This document shows, piece by piece, positions 12,880-24,703 of a stretch of DNA of 64,000 nucleotides (positions are counted from its first letter, which is position 1; every line of letters starts with the position of its first letter). The position numbers were made by a program, and so were the translations under genes. The stretch comes from Mobula hypostoma. Its lineage: Eukaryota. The notes under the pieces were generated by a model. That model searched no databases and was not told the origin of the DNA. It saw only the letters and a program-made list of their open reading frames with translations. The stretch is from contig NC_086101.1 of NCBI RefSeq assembly GCF_963921235.1, forward strand, positions 1,860,001-1,924,000, in the 5' to 3' direction.

Positions 12880-13700
12880 TCTGCATTAAGGTCCATCTGT
12901 CATATTTCAGCACAGTTTTGCAGTTGGTGCAGATCCTGCTGCAAGACTCGATATCCTTCCTCACGGTCCACTACACCCCCAGTCTTGGTGTCACCCACAA
13001 ATTTTCTGATCCAGTTAACCACATTCTCATCCAGATCAATTATAAAGATGACAAACAACAACGGACCCAGCACCAACACTAGACTCTTTCGACAACCTGC
13101 GATAGATCCTGGAGAAGGATCCACTTTAATATTCCTCAAGAGACACAACATCACTGTCTGCTCGATATCAACGTGCCCCAAGAATATCAGTAACTTCTGC
13201 TTGTTCTCAATACATCCTTCTCCTTGGTGAAAGTGGTTGTGTGGCAGAAGGTAGATCATGTTTCAGTTGGTTGGAGGTGAAGAATGATATCTGTTAATAT
13301 TTTATGTACTGTATGTGATACATGTTCTGTGTTTTACACCTTGATCCTAGAGAATGTTGTTTTGTTTAGCTGTGTACGTGTGTATACATTTGAAATTGAA
13401 GAGCATGTTACAACTGTTTCAGAAGACCTTCACACATCAGAAGAGAGGTGAGGTGGAATTTCTTTAGCTAGAGGGAGGTGAATCTGTGGAATTCATTGCC
13501 ACGGATGGCTGTGGAGACCGAGGCATTGGGTATACTTAAAGCAGAGATTGATAGGCGCTTGATAAGTCAAGGTGTCAAAGGTTACTGGAAAAAGACAGAA
13601 CATGTTTCAGAGGGATAATAAATCAAACATGGTGGAATATCAGAGCAGACTCGATGGACTGAATGGCCTAATTCTGCTCCTATGTCTCATGGGCTTATTT
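12880..13700. mobile_element. Mixed old CR1 fragments: minus-strand RT piece ~12880-13230 and plus-strand 3' end ~13430-13700
   Basis: VLGPLLFVIFIIDLDENVVNWIRKF on the minus strand; CR1 3' motif GGCCTAATTCTGCTCCTATGTC on the plus strand. Confidence 0.75.
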
Positions 13701-13790
13701 ATCCTTCTATGATCATTTAATTCAGAATCATTTTATTAGAAGAATGAATTGTTCTATACCCTGGTGAACTGTTTTGTTTTGTACCCACAG

Positions 13791-13898
13791 TGAAGGACTG
13801 CGGACAGCCAGTCAGGCTGTACCTGGGTGCGATCTGTTCCGTGCTGGTAGTCTATTTGTTTACGATGGGACTGCTCTTTATGCTCTTTGTCAAGTACA
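13791..13898 (+). CDS. Internal exon (108 nt, phase 1-1) encoding a transmembrane helix, CD47 TM5-like
   Basis: Strong acceptor GTTTTGTTTTGTACCCACAG and donor A|GTAAGT. Reads (L)KDCGQPVRLYLGAICSVLVVYLFTMGLLFMLFVKY, in frame with 2785-2865. Confidence 0.8.
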
Positions 13899-14118
13899 GT
13901 AAGTGCTGATGCTATTATCACCAGGCAGAGGGGCACTAAATTTCAATACGTCACTGTCTCCAAACGGTCATTTGAAATCTGCCATAAGGTTGGCAATGCT
14001 CATACATTGTTCTCTGTCCATGAAACACTTATGCATATAAACAGACAACATTACAGCTCAGTGCAGGTCCTCATCCCACCAAGACCAATCGAACTCTTCC
14101 CTACCCACATATCATATA

Positions 14119-14793
14119 CAGTCGATACATCGGGACCAGTTAACGGCTGCCCCAAATAGCCCAAGTTTCATGGAAACAGTTAAAAAGATATTAAAAAAAA
14201 GACAGATTACCATTTAACTGAGTAACAAATTATGTATTTAAATGAAATATAGAACAAATTAGAACACTACCAGTATGACTACAGTACTATAGAACGATAT
14301 TAGTTCCTGATAGTTATTGACAATCTAGTGTGTGCTGCTATGTTCTTTTAATTGACTGTAGGTCAACAAAATCAGCACAGACACCTAATGAAGATAATGG
14401 ACTGTTTTACACAATGCTTTCGAAGACTGCCTCCTCCAAATCTTCATTTTCATTGTAAAATTCAAGATAATTGTCGATACCTTCAAACTCTTCATAGGTC
14501 CTAACTTATTGAAATAGTGAAATCATTTCATTTTCACTCCCAGCCGTTTCTGGCATTTCCACGCCCAGTAAAAAACCGATCTGTCTTATTACTTGTGGTA
14601 TCTAATGGTCACTCAAATGCATGCGACTGTCGCTAGTTAGAAACCACATCAACAGTCTCCTAAGCAGCAAAGTGTCCCAAATAAACAAAGGCAATCCTGG
14701 CTATTTTCTTGATTTGTTTTTCTTCTTTAAAAGTTGTCACAATAAGTGGCTGTCCCCCAGTTAACTGATGGCCTAATTAACTGAAATCCACTG
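14119..14793. mobile_element. Degraded pogo/Tigger-like (Tc1/mariner) non-autonomous DNA transposon
   Basis: Ends TA|CAGTCGAT... and ...TTAACTGAAATCCACTG|TA: imperfect CAGTGGAT-type TIR with TA flanks. AT-rich interior. Confidence 0.5.
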
Positions 14794-14994
14794 TATAATT
14801 TCTTCAAATTTACAACAATATAGCTTCCTCGTTTAATATTTGAGAACTAAATTTAAAAATTAATTTTTTCAAATCTCAATTCATCAGTGTCCAACTACTG
14901 GGCAACTTCAGCTGAATAAAATATAATTAAACAATGTTCCCAAGACATGTCTGATGAATCATTCCTGGGCGTAACCCCCCCCCCCACCCCCCTT

Positions 14995-15230
14995 GGGTAC
15001 GTGGCCAAGTGGTTAAGGCATTCGTCTAGTGATCGGAAGGTCGCTAGTTCGAGCCTCAGCTGGGGCAGCGTGTTTGTGCCCTTGAGCAAGGCACTTAACC
15101 ACACATTGCTCTAGTGTCTGTGCGAGGAGTGGGGCCCCACACAGACTTCCAATCTGCACCTTGTAAGGCATGAAAATGGCCAACACGGGCCTCTCGTGGT
15201 CTGAGTTGACATTCCCTCCCCTCCCTCCCC
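14995..15230 (+). mobile_element. tRNA-derived SINE, subfamily A
   Basis: A box TGGCCAAGTGG and B box GTTCGAGCC; head shared with 34594 and 42515, but the 3' body differs. Confidence 0.85.
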
Positions 15231-15314
15231 ACCCCCCCACCATCCTGTGATAATAAATGTACTTTGAAGTCCTTAAATTGGGATGTGTACGTGGGAGTCA
15301 CAGGATGGGAGATG

Positions 15315-16030
15315 GGAGTGAAAGAATGTATAAATTATACAACCTTGAGATTTGTTTGCTTACGGGCAGCCACAAAGCAAGAAACCCGGAAGAACCCAAT
15401 TTCAAAACAATAAAATAAAGACTGACACCCAATGTGCAGAGAAAGAATAAAAAAACAAATTGTGCAAACAACCGAAGCAAGCAAGGACATTCCAAACCAA
15501 AAAGAGTCCTTCGGTCGGAACCCCAGAGCGGCTCGCGGTAGGCCCAAGCCTTGGTATCAGCCCATCACACTAGTGGGCACAGAGCACAGCAGCCGGAGCT
15601 GTCTTCATAGTCTCAGCACCACGGAGAGAGGAGTGGACATCGCGGGACAGCGAGCAAAATCAGCTCTCGCCTCGGACCCCAACGCCATGCCTTTCCAGTA
15701 TGTCACTCACGTTGTCCAAACAGCATATCGCACCTCACACTGGGACCCAGGTACTGCTGCAGCGGAAGCCTCCGGGCCTAGAACACCGCACCCAGCAAGT
15801 CACTGCAGACCCAGATTCTGCCGCCCAGCCCGAAGCCACACTCCGTTTCTCCCAGCGCGACCCAACCTGGCGCTCGGGCCAGTTGTACTCCTCCTCTCCG
15901 AACGGATCGGTCCACCCGTGTCGGTTCTGCAACACGCCAGCAAGGTCCGTCCCCTTGAGTTTGCTTCACTACCCGTGACTCCGCTGTGGTGACTCCTGCC
16001 CGCCTCCCACGACCCCTCTCCACCCCCAGT
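15315..16030 (-). repeat. GC-rich interspersed repeat with a Rex1-like 3' tail
   Basis: 15315-15460 is the reverse complement of the tail type seen at 22560-22715 (TCTCAAGGTTGTATA...). Confidence 0.5.
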
Positions 16031-16524
16031 GTGTCAGGCATGTCTCCTCAACCACATTTGCACATCTACCTTTTCCTTCCTTTCTTCTTCATGGGTCAGA
16101 ACAAAACCCAGCAGTTACGCTTCAGTGCGTCGCCGCCAGCTGAGCACGTCATGTTGCTGGGCAAATGAGACTGCTATTCACAACTTGGATACAGAGACAC
16201 AAGGGAGACTGCAGACGCTGGAAAACTGGATCAACGCGCGCCAGGTGCTGGAGCAACTCAGCTCGTCAGGGCAGCATCTATGGAGGGGGAGTGGACAGTC
16301 GACATTTCAGGCAGAGATGAAAGATCTGAGCTCAAAACGTCAACTGTTCACTCCTCTTCATAGATAAGTTCCTTTGGTGTGTTGGTGAAAAGAATACTAA
16401 GCTTAATTTAAATCCTTAGTTGCAAAGACAGCGGAAAGACGCTCACACCTTGCATGGGGCAGGGTTCAGTGTTGGGCTCTGCCTGTCAAGGTTTGTACTG
16501 TTCAGTCTTGGGCAGAAGTCAGCG

Positions 16525-17708
16525 CAGGGACTATTGTTTGTCATTTATATCAATGATCTGGATGGTAGTGTGGTAAGCTGGGTCAGCAGATTTGCCGAAG
16601 ACACCCAGATTGGGGATGTCATGGTCAGCGAAGAAGATGAAGAGAAAATTGGATAGATAAGTGGATGGGAGGGGTATGGAGGGCAATGGTCCTGGGACTG
16701 GACAGCACAGTACTTCCGCATGAGCTAGATGGAGTGAAGAGCCTGTTTCTGCATTGTCGTGAGTTCTCTGTCACTATGATGGAACTGACACAAGGGGGTC
16801 AGTGTTTGTGGCCAAGTTTGTAGACGATATGAAGGTAGGTTGGAGAGGCAGGTAGTGTTGAGGAAGAAGGGGGTTTGCAGAAGGATATGGACATTTAGGA
16901 GAATGATCAAAGGAGAGGCAAATGGAATAGTGTGTCGGGAAGTGCACAGTCGTGCTCTTTGGTAGAAGGAATAGAAGTACAAACTATTTTCTAAACAGGG
17001 AGAAAATTCAGAAATCAAAAGTGCAAGGTGACTTGGGAGTCCTCGTGTAGAATTCCCTGAAGGTTGAGTATGTGGTGAAGAGGGCAAATGTAATGTTAGC
17101 ATTCATTTCAGGAGGAGGAGAATATGAGAGCAAGGAAGTAATGCTGAGGCTTCATAAGGACTTGGTCGGACTGCACTTGGAGTATTGAGAGCAGGTTTGG
17201 GCACCTTAAATAAGAAGGGATGTGCTGGCATTGGAGAGGGTCCAGAGGAGATTCATGAGAATGACTACAGGAATGAAAGGGTTAATATATGAGGAGTTGT
17301 TTATGGTTCTGGGCCCATATTCACTGCAGTTTAGAAGAATGAGGGTAGGGTCTCATTGAAACCTACCAATTAGTGAAAAGCCTAGAGAATGGATGTGGAG
17401 AGGATGTTTATTACCATGGGGAGTCTAGGACCAGAGGGCACAGCCTCAGAATAGAGATTAGAACAGAGATGAGGAGGAATTTCTTTAGCCAGAGTGGTGA
17501 CTCTGTGGAATTCATTGCCACAGACACTGGATGCCAAGTTATGGAGTTAATTTAAAGTAGAAGTTGCTTGGTTGGTAAGTGGTAGGAAGTGTCAAGAGTT
17601 AAGGAGAGGAGACAGGAGAATGGTGTTGAGAGGGATAAAAAATCAGCCATGATGGAGCAGACTTGATGGGCCGAATGGCCTAATTCTGCTCCTCTGTCTT
17701 TTGGTCTT
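16525..17708 (+). mobile_element. CR1 RT/3' fragments, degraded
   Basis: LLFVIYINDLD...FAEDT; TRGHSLRI...RRNFFSQ; CR1 3' end at ~17700. Confidence 0.85.
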
Positions 17709-17859
17709 TTGTCAATCCTGGAGATTCACTGCTTCAGGTAAGTCATTGCCAAGTTCCTCATAGAGACATCCAATATTACCGCAACAAACCCTTCGGCCCG
17801 ATTGGTGTATGCCAACCAGGATTCCCACCTAAGCTGGTCCTGTTTACCTGTGACTCAAA

Positions 17860-18560
17860 CGCAGGATGCTGGACATCCAGAGTGCTGGAGAAACTCAGCA
17901 GCTCAGAGAGCATCTATGGAAGAGTAAAGGGCTGATGTTCCAGGCCGAGCAGGGTCCCAGCCTGAAACGTTGACTGATTACTCTTTTCCATAGAAGATAC
18001 CCCGCCTGCTGAGTTCCTCCAGTATCTTGTGTCTATTTCTTCCCATTTCCCTGTGTTTGGCCTATATCTCTCTCAAGCTTTCCTATCCCAGTACCTACCC
18101 ACATGTCATTGAAATGTTGTAAACAGACATGCTTCTGTCTTTTCCTCTGACAGCTCGTTCCTCATATTGACTACCTTCGGGGTGAAAAAGCTGCCCCTTA
18201 GCTTCATGTTAAAGCTCCTCCCTCCCCTCCTAAACCTGTGTCCTCTTGTTCTTCATACACTGTGTACTCACCTTAGCTATGCTGCTCATGATTTTATACA
18301 CCTCTTTAAGATCACCCCACCTGCTCAACTCTCCATATAATTTAGTCCCCCGAGTCCTGGCAACATCCTTGTAAATCTCAACATCACTCCTTCCAGCTTT
18401 ATGGCATGTTTCCTACAGCAAGTCCAAGAGTGGCCTCACCAATATCTTGTCCTCCCAACGTCTGTACTCAGTGCCCTGACACTGTGCCAAAAGCCACCTT
18501 ACCACCCTGTCTACCTATGACACCACTTTCAGGAAACTATGCATTTTCTTCACAACCTGG
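17860..18560. mobile_element. Old Penelope-like terminal fragment (~17860-18030) followed by an old minus-strand CR1 3' fragment
   Basis: GATGCTGG...AACTCAGCAG...CCTGAAACGTTGAC with inverted arms; CR1-like text GGCAACATCCTTGTAAATCTC. Confidence 0.55.
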
Positions 18561-18859
18561 GAGAGTTCACACCCCATTAACCGTTCTTGTTTGTGACACC
18601 TTCCAAATGTACACACTGTCCATTCTTGTGTTCAGTTTCAAGCCAGAATTATCAGTAACCTGGGCAATCAGCACACTCAGGCCTTGACTACAACACTGGC
18701 AGATGTCCAGCAGTGGTAATAGGTTCAGTGACCATCTCTGCATCTCACCAGTCCTGGAACCATTTCTGAACCTCCACCACTCACAGGCAGGTCTAAGCCA
18801 ACTTCAGAGTACAGAAGCAGGTCACTGGAGCTAGTGTTTGTAATGTAAGTACAACATAC

Positions 18860-21800
18860 AACTGCTGATTTGGAAAGAGGCAAAATGTGGAAGTGTGTGT
18901 TTCAATGATAAACTCTCTGTGGTGGTTTTGTCAAACTTGCATTATCCTGACCTTGAACATCCAACAATCAAATGCCAAACTTTCTATTTACCAAGAGCAT
19001 CCTCTGTAATCCTGACAGCAGTTTACATACCACAGCCGCCAACTATAATCAACTGCTTGAGATACTGCATGATGCTGTCACCAAACAAGAAATAGTCCAT
19101 CCCAATGCATTTCATATCATAGTTGGGTGTTTCAGTCAGACCATCGGATATAGGAGCAGAATTAGGCCATTTAGCCTATCGTGTCTGCTCCGCTATTTCA
19201 TCAAGGCTGATTATTTTTCCTCTCAGCCCCAATCTCCTGCTGTCTCCCCATAATTCCTTCATCCGCTGACTAAACCAGAATCTACCAACCTCTGCCTTCA
19301 ATATACCCAAAGACTTGGCCTCCACAGCCACCTGTGGCACAGAATTTCATAGATTCACCAACTTGTGCCTTAAAAAATTCCTCCTCATCGCTGTACTAAA
19401 AGGACTCCCCTCTGTTCTGAGGCTGTGTCCTTTGGTCCTAGACTCCCCCACTATAGGAAACATCCTCTCTACATGTTTTCTATTGAGATCCTTCAAAGTT
19501 CAATAGGTTTCAATGAGGTCATCGCTCATTCTTCTGAATTCCAGTGAATACAGGCCCAGAACCATCAAACGGTCTTCATGTGACGAGCCATTCAATCCTG
19601 GAATCATTTTTGTGAACCTCCTTTCAATCCTCTCCAATGTTAGTACACCCTTTCCTAGATAAGGTGCCCAAACCTGCTCACAATATTTGGCAACTGAGGC
19701 CATACCAATGTTTTATAAAGCCCCAACATTACATCTTTACTTTTATATTCTAGTCCTCTTGAAATGAATATTAACATCACAATTGCCTTATACACTACCT
19801 GCAAATTAACCTTTAGGGAATCCTGCACAAAGTCCCTTTGCACCTCAGATTTTTGAATTTTCTCTCCATTTAGAAAACAGTCAACCCCTTCATCTCTTCT
19901 ACCAAAGTGCATGACCATACACTTCCCGACACTGTATTCCATCTGCATATTCTTGTAATCTGTCTAAGTCCTTCTGTAGCCTCTCTACTTCCTCAAAACC
20001 ACCTGTCCCTCCACCTAAATTCATATCCTCTGCAAACTTTGCAACAAAGACAACACAGACCCTGTGGAACACCACTAGTCATGCTGCCAACCAGAAAAGG
20101 CTCCCTTTATTCCCACTCTTTGCCTCCTGCCGACCAGCCACTGCTTTATCGATGTTAGAATCTTTAATGCAATTCCCTGAGCTCTTGCATGTTAAGCAGT
20201 CTCATGTGTGGCGCTTTGTTTGAACAAAGCCCTGCCCAATTACCATCAAATCAATCAAGTTGAATTATCATCGACAGAGCCGAAGGAGATGGCTTTCCTC
20301 TGGGACCGAGGTGCCAAACACACACAGCACATTCAAACTAGTGAGCAAGAGAAACTGTCATGCAAGAAAACACGTATCTAGTCCAAGACCCTGAGTGACA
20401 TGTCCCGCAAACTGGTGGTTCAGTTCCCGACAACCCAGCCTGTCATTCCACCAGTCAAAGACTGCAGGGCAATACTGTCGGGAGAAGCCATCCCCCCCCA
20501 TCCAAGCACAGACCCCACACTACCCCGCCTGTATCCTGTAGCCCCAGACGTCCCAGGACACAAGGCCAGTACTATACTAAAGTACAGAATGCCTATCATT
20601 CCATGCCCAGACCACATTTCGGGAAATCTGATCACTTAGCTGCCCTTCTCCTATCCGCATGCAGGCAGGGGTTAAAGAGCAAGACTCCAGAGGTAAGGAC
20701 AACAAAGAGGTGATCATGACTGGCAGGAGAGCAGCTATGGAATTGCTTCAAGTCAGCTCTGGACCTGAATGAGTATATCGTGGTCATGGGCTTTGTAAAA
20801 ATGGTTCCAGATGAATGCATCCTCACAGAATCATTTAGAGCCTTCCCCAGCCAGAAGCTATGGATGAACCTGCTGAAGACCAGATCAGAGGCAGTCAAGT
20901 CTAGAGACCAAGATAGGTACAATCTCCAGAAAGCCATCTCACGGGTGAAGTGGCAATTCTGAACTAAACGTGAATCACTGTAGGATGGTCAACTGTTTTG
21001 GCAGGGCTTGAATCTATCATCCCCTACAAGGCGAAACCAAGTGAAATCCTCGCTTCCAGATGAGCTCAATGCCTTCTATGTTTGCTTTGCCATCACAACA
21101 TGGAGGAACCATCGTGAACTCCCACAACTCTTGTGATTCCAGTCTGCAAGTATCTACAAGTATCCTTCAGGAAGGTGAACCCACCGAAAGCATCCAGTCA
21201 GATGGGGTACCTGGCCAAGTTGTGAAGATCTGTCCTGATCAACTGACTGGAGTGTTCGCTGAGATTTCAATTTCTCACTTTGGCATTCTGAGATACCCAT
21301 CTGCTTCAAACAGATTTCACTCATACTGGTGCCTAAGAAGAACATGGTAACTGGCCTCAATGACTATCATCCAGTGATGAAGTGTTTTGAGGGGTTGGTG
21401 GTGAAGGATATCGACTCTTGCCTGAGAAGCGACTTGAATTTGTTCCACTTTTCCTATTGGCGCAACAGGTCCACAGCAGATACCATTTCATTGGCTCCTC
21501 ACTCAACCCTGGAACATCTGAACAGCAATGCCACAAAGATCTGGATGTCCTTCATTGACTCCAGCTCAGCGTTCAACACTATCACCCCCTCAAAACTAGT
21601 CAAGAAGATTCAAGACCTTGGCCTCAGTACTTCCTTGTGCAATTGGATCCTGGATTTCTTTACAAACCCCAGTCAGTACCAACTGGCAACAGCATGTCTT
21701 CCACCATCTCCATCAGCACAGGGACATGTACTGAGCCCCTGCTCGACCAGCTTTACACCTGTGAATGTGAGGCTAAGCACAGCTCCAGTGCCATACTTCA

Positions 21801-23260
21801 GTTTGCTGTCATCGGCCAAACCAAAGGTAGTGACAGATCAGTATATAGGAGGGAGACTTGAGCGCTGGCTGAGTGGTGTCACAGCAAGCCCTCTTCCTCA
21901 ATGTCAGCAATGCCGAGGAGCTGATCGTTGATGTCAGGAGGAGAAAACCAGTGGTCCCTGAGCTAATCCTCATCAGAGGATCATAAGTGAAGATGGTCAG
22001 CAAATTTAAGTTCCTCAGTGTTATCATTTCATAAGGCCTATACTGGGCACAGCGTGCAAGTTGTCAGGCCAGTTGAGCTATCTGGCACTTTGCTGTCACT
22101 AAGGGAGTTTGGAGAGGTTTCTAGCAAAGTGTACAGTAAGGATTCTGGAGATGGGGTGCGAGCATGCGATTGACTTAATTTCTCACCGATCTTGCTGATT
22201 AAAGCATTGACGAAGATAGAAATCAACGAGGATGAGAGCAGAAGGTGATGCAGTGTTCAGCGCCCTCTTCACGCATTTGACTGGTGTCCCTCCCCTCTGG
22301 CTGGATGGTGCCAGAGCCTTGGATCTGGGGCAGGATTTAATCTACGCGGTTGGTGGGTTGGACTCTGTAGTTCCCGTTATGAGGTGTTTCCGGTTGCTCT
22401 GGTTTTTGTTGTGATTTTGTTCAGGGTGGGTTGGCTCTGTGCCCTGCAGTCAACAAACGACACAGTGCCAGATTGAACTGAACTGACAGAAATTGAACAT
22501 TCCTGGACTGTTCTGATGACTTTGTGGTTCAATGATTTATATTCTATGTTTTCAGCACTTTTTTACTGTTTGCTTGATTTGTTCTCTTTTTTGCACGTTG
22601 GGGGTTTAGTGTTTTCTTTGAACAGGTTCCATGGTTTCTCTTTCATGGCTGTCTGTGGGAAAACAAATCTCAGGGTAGTATACTGCATACATACTTTTAC
22701 AATAAATGTACAAGTGCAATTGTGAAGAATGCACAGCAGTAGTTCTACTTTCTTAGGAGATGGCAGAGATTCAGCATGACATCGAAAATGTTGACAAACT
22801 TGTGTACTGGAGAGTATATTGCCTGGCTGCATCACAGCTGGTATGGAAACACCAACAGAAGATCCTACAGCAAGTAGTGGGTACAACCCAGTCCATCAGG
22901 GGTAAAGCCCTCCCCACCATTGAGAACGTCTACGCGGGGGATCCTGTCAGAAAGCAGCATCCAACGTCAGGGAGCTCCTCCACCCTGTTCACACTGCCAG
23001 CAGGAAGAAGGTACAGGAGCCTCACATCACCAGGTTCTTGATCCAAAGGAGATAACTTCACGTGCCCCATCGTTTAAATGTTCCCACAACCAATAGACTC
23101 GCTTTCAAGGACTCTTCATCTCATGTTCTTGATATTTATTGATTATTTATTTATTTATTGTTATTATCATTTCTTTTTTTCTTTGTGTATTTACACAGTT
23201 TTGTTGTCTTTTGCACACTTGTCTGGTCTTCCATTGATTCTATTATGGTTATTGGATTTA
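18860..23260 (+). mobile_element. Fragmented Rex1/Babar-clade LINE (EN ~18860-19140, RT ~20640-22040, 3' part ~22720-23260), interrupted by other repeats
   Basis: PDLEHPTIKCQTFYLPRASSVILTAVYIP; PKKNMVTGLNDYHPV...STADTISLAPHSTLEHL...FIDSSSAFNTITPSKL...LCNWILDF. Confidence 0.8.
19140..20225 (-). mobile_element. CR1 3' fragment nested in the Rex1-like LINE
   Basis: ORFs 19500-19703 and 19655-19948 are CR1 ORF2 C-terminal sequence. Confidence 0.88.
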
Positions 23261-23362
23261 ACGTAGAAACATAGCAAACCTACAGCACAATACAGGCCCT
23301 TCAGCCCACGAAGCTGTGCCAAACATGTACTTACTTTAGAAATTACCTAGGGTTACCCATAG

Positions 23363-23784
23363 TCCCCAGTCGAACCTGACCAGAGGGCTTAAAAAGAGGA
23401 TCTTCATAGAGTCCATTCTCATGTGGACACTCACCAAGACTAGGCAAAAGTCTCTTGATGGTTGCTACACAGGATGGCTCTTGATGTGAGTTGGCAACGA
23501 CACATGATGAACGTTCAGCTCTACGACGACCTACAGATGCTCACCACTAAAATCGAGGCGAGAAGACTGCAACTGTCTACACCACCCCGAGCTGCCTGCC
23601 AGCCTGGTCAACATATGGGAGCCCAAGCACGGGAGGATGAACTATGGTCAACACGGTCCTAGAAGACAGCAGTGCAGCTAATGTACATGAGCTGAGCACA
23701 CCGATGAAGGAGAGGGAGAAGTGGAGAGTCCGTCATCGTGCCCGACACCAGCCCCCTAGGCCTGAGTCAATGTAGTAGTAGTAG
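23363..23784 (+). mobile_element. RTE-clade LINE 3' fragment with (TAG)n tail
   Basis: LHRMALDVSWQRHMMNVQLY...IEARRLQL. TSD TACCCATAG at 23354-23362 and 23785-23793, inside the CR1 3' end. Confidence 0.75.
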
Positions 23785-24487
23785 TACCCATAGGCCCCTA
23801 TTTTTCTGAGCTCCATATACTTGTCCAGGAGTCTCTTAAAAGACCCTATCGTGTCCGCCTCCACCACCACCACCAGTAGCCCATTCCACGCGCTCACCAC
23901 TCTCTGCATAAAATCTTACCCCTGACATCTCCTCTGTACCTACTTCCAAGCACCTTACAACTGTGTCCTCTCATGCTAGCCATTTCAGCCCTGGGAAAAA
24001 GCCTCTGACTATTCAGACGATCAATGCCTCTCATCATCTGAAACACCTCTATCAGGTCACCTCTCATCCTCCGTCGCTTCAAGGAGAAAAGGCCAAGTTC
24101 ACTCAACCTATTCTCATAAGACATGCTCCCCAATCCAGGCAACATCCTTGTAAATCTGCTCTGCACTCTTTCTATAGTTTCCACACCCTTCCTGTAGTGA
24201 GGTAGTGAGGTGACCAGCACTGAGCACAGTACTCCAATTGGGGTCTGACCAAGATCCTATATAGCTGTAACATGACCTCTCGGTTCTTGAATTCAATCTC
24301 ACGGTTGATGAAGGCCAATGCACCATATGCCTTCATAACCACACAGTCAACCTGTGCAGCAGCTTTGAGTGTCCTATGGACTTGGACACCAAGATCCCTC
24401 TGATCCTCCACACTGCCAAGAGTCTTACCATTAATACTATATTCTGCCATTATATTTGACCTACCAAAATGAACCACCTCACACTTA

Positions 24488-24703
24488 AACAACAGGAATT
24501 CTGCAGATGCTGGAAATTCAAGCAACACACATCAAAGTTGCTGGTGAACGCAGCAGGCCAGGCAGCATCTGTAGGAAGAGGTGCAGTCGACGTTTCAGGC
24601 CGAGACCCTTCGTCACGAAGGGTCTCGGCCTGAAACGTCGACTGCACCTCTTCCTACAGATGCTGCCTGGCCTGCTGCATTCACCAGCAACTTTGATGTG
24701 TGT
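24488..24703. mobile_element. Palindromic Penelope-like insert with a 13-bp TSD
   Basis: ~90-bp near-perfect inverted arms centred at ~24614; TSD CACCTCACACTTA at 24475-24487 and 24704-24716. Confidence 0.85.

Noticed and set aside
14995..15070. tRNA genes here and at 34594 and 42515
   Set aside because: The tRNA-like heads continue into shared SINE bodies, and one copy has a TSD.
15432..16041. GC-rich ORFs of 87-186 aa
   Set aside because: No recognisable domain or convincing splice pair; attached to a LINE-type tail, so likely a repeat.
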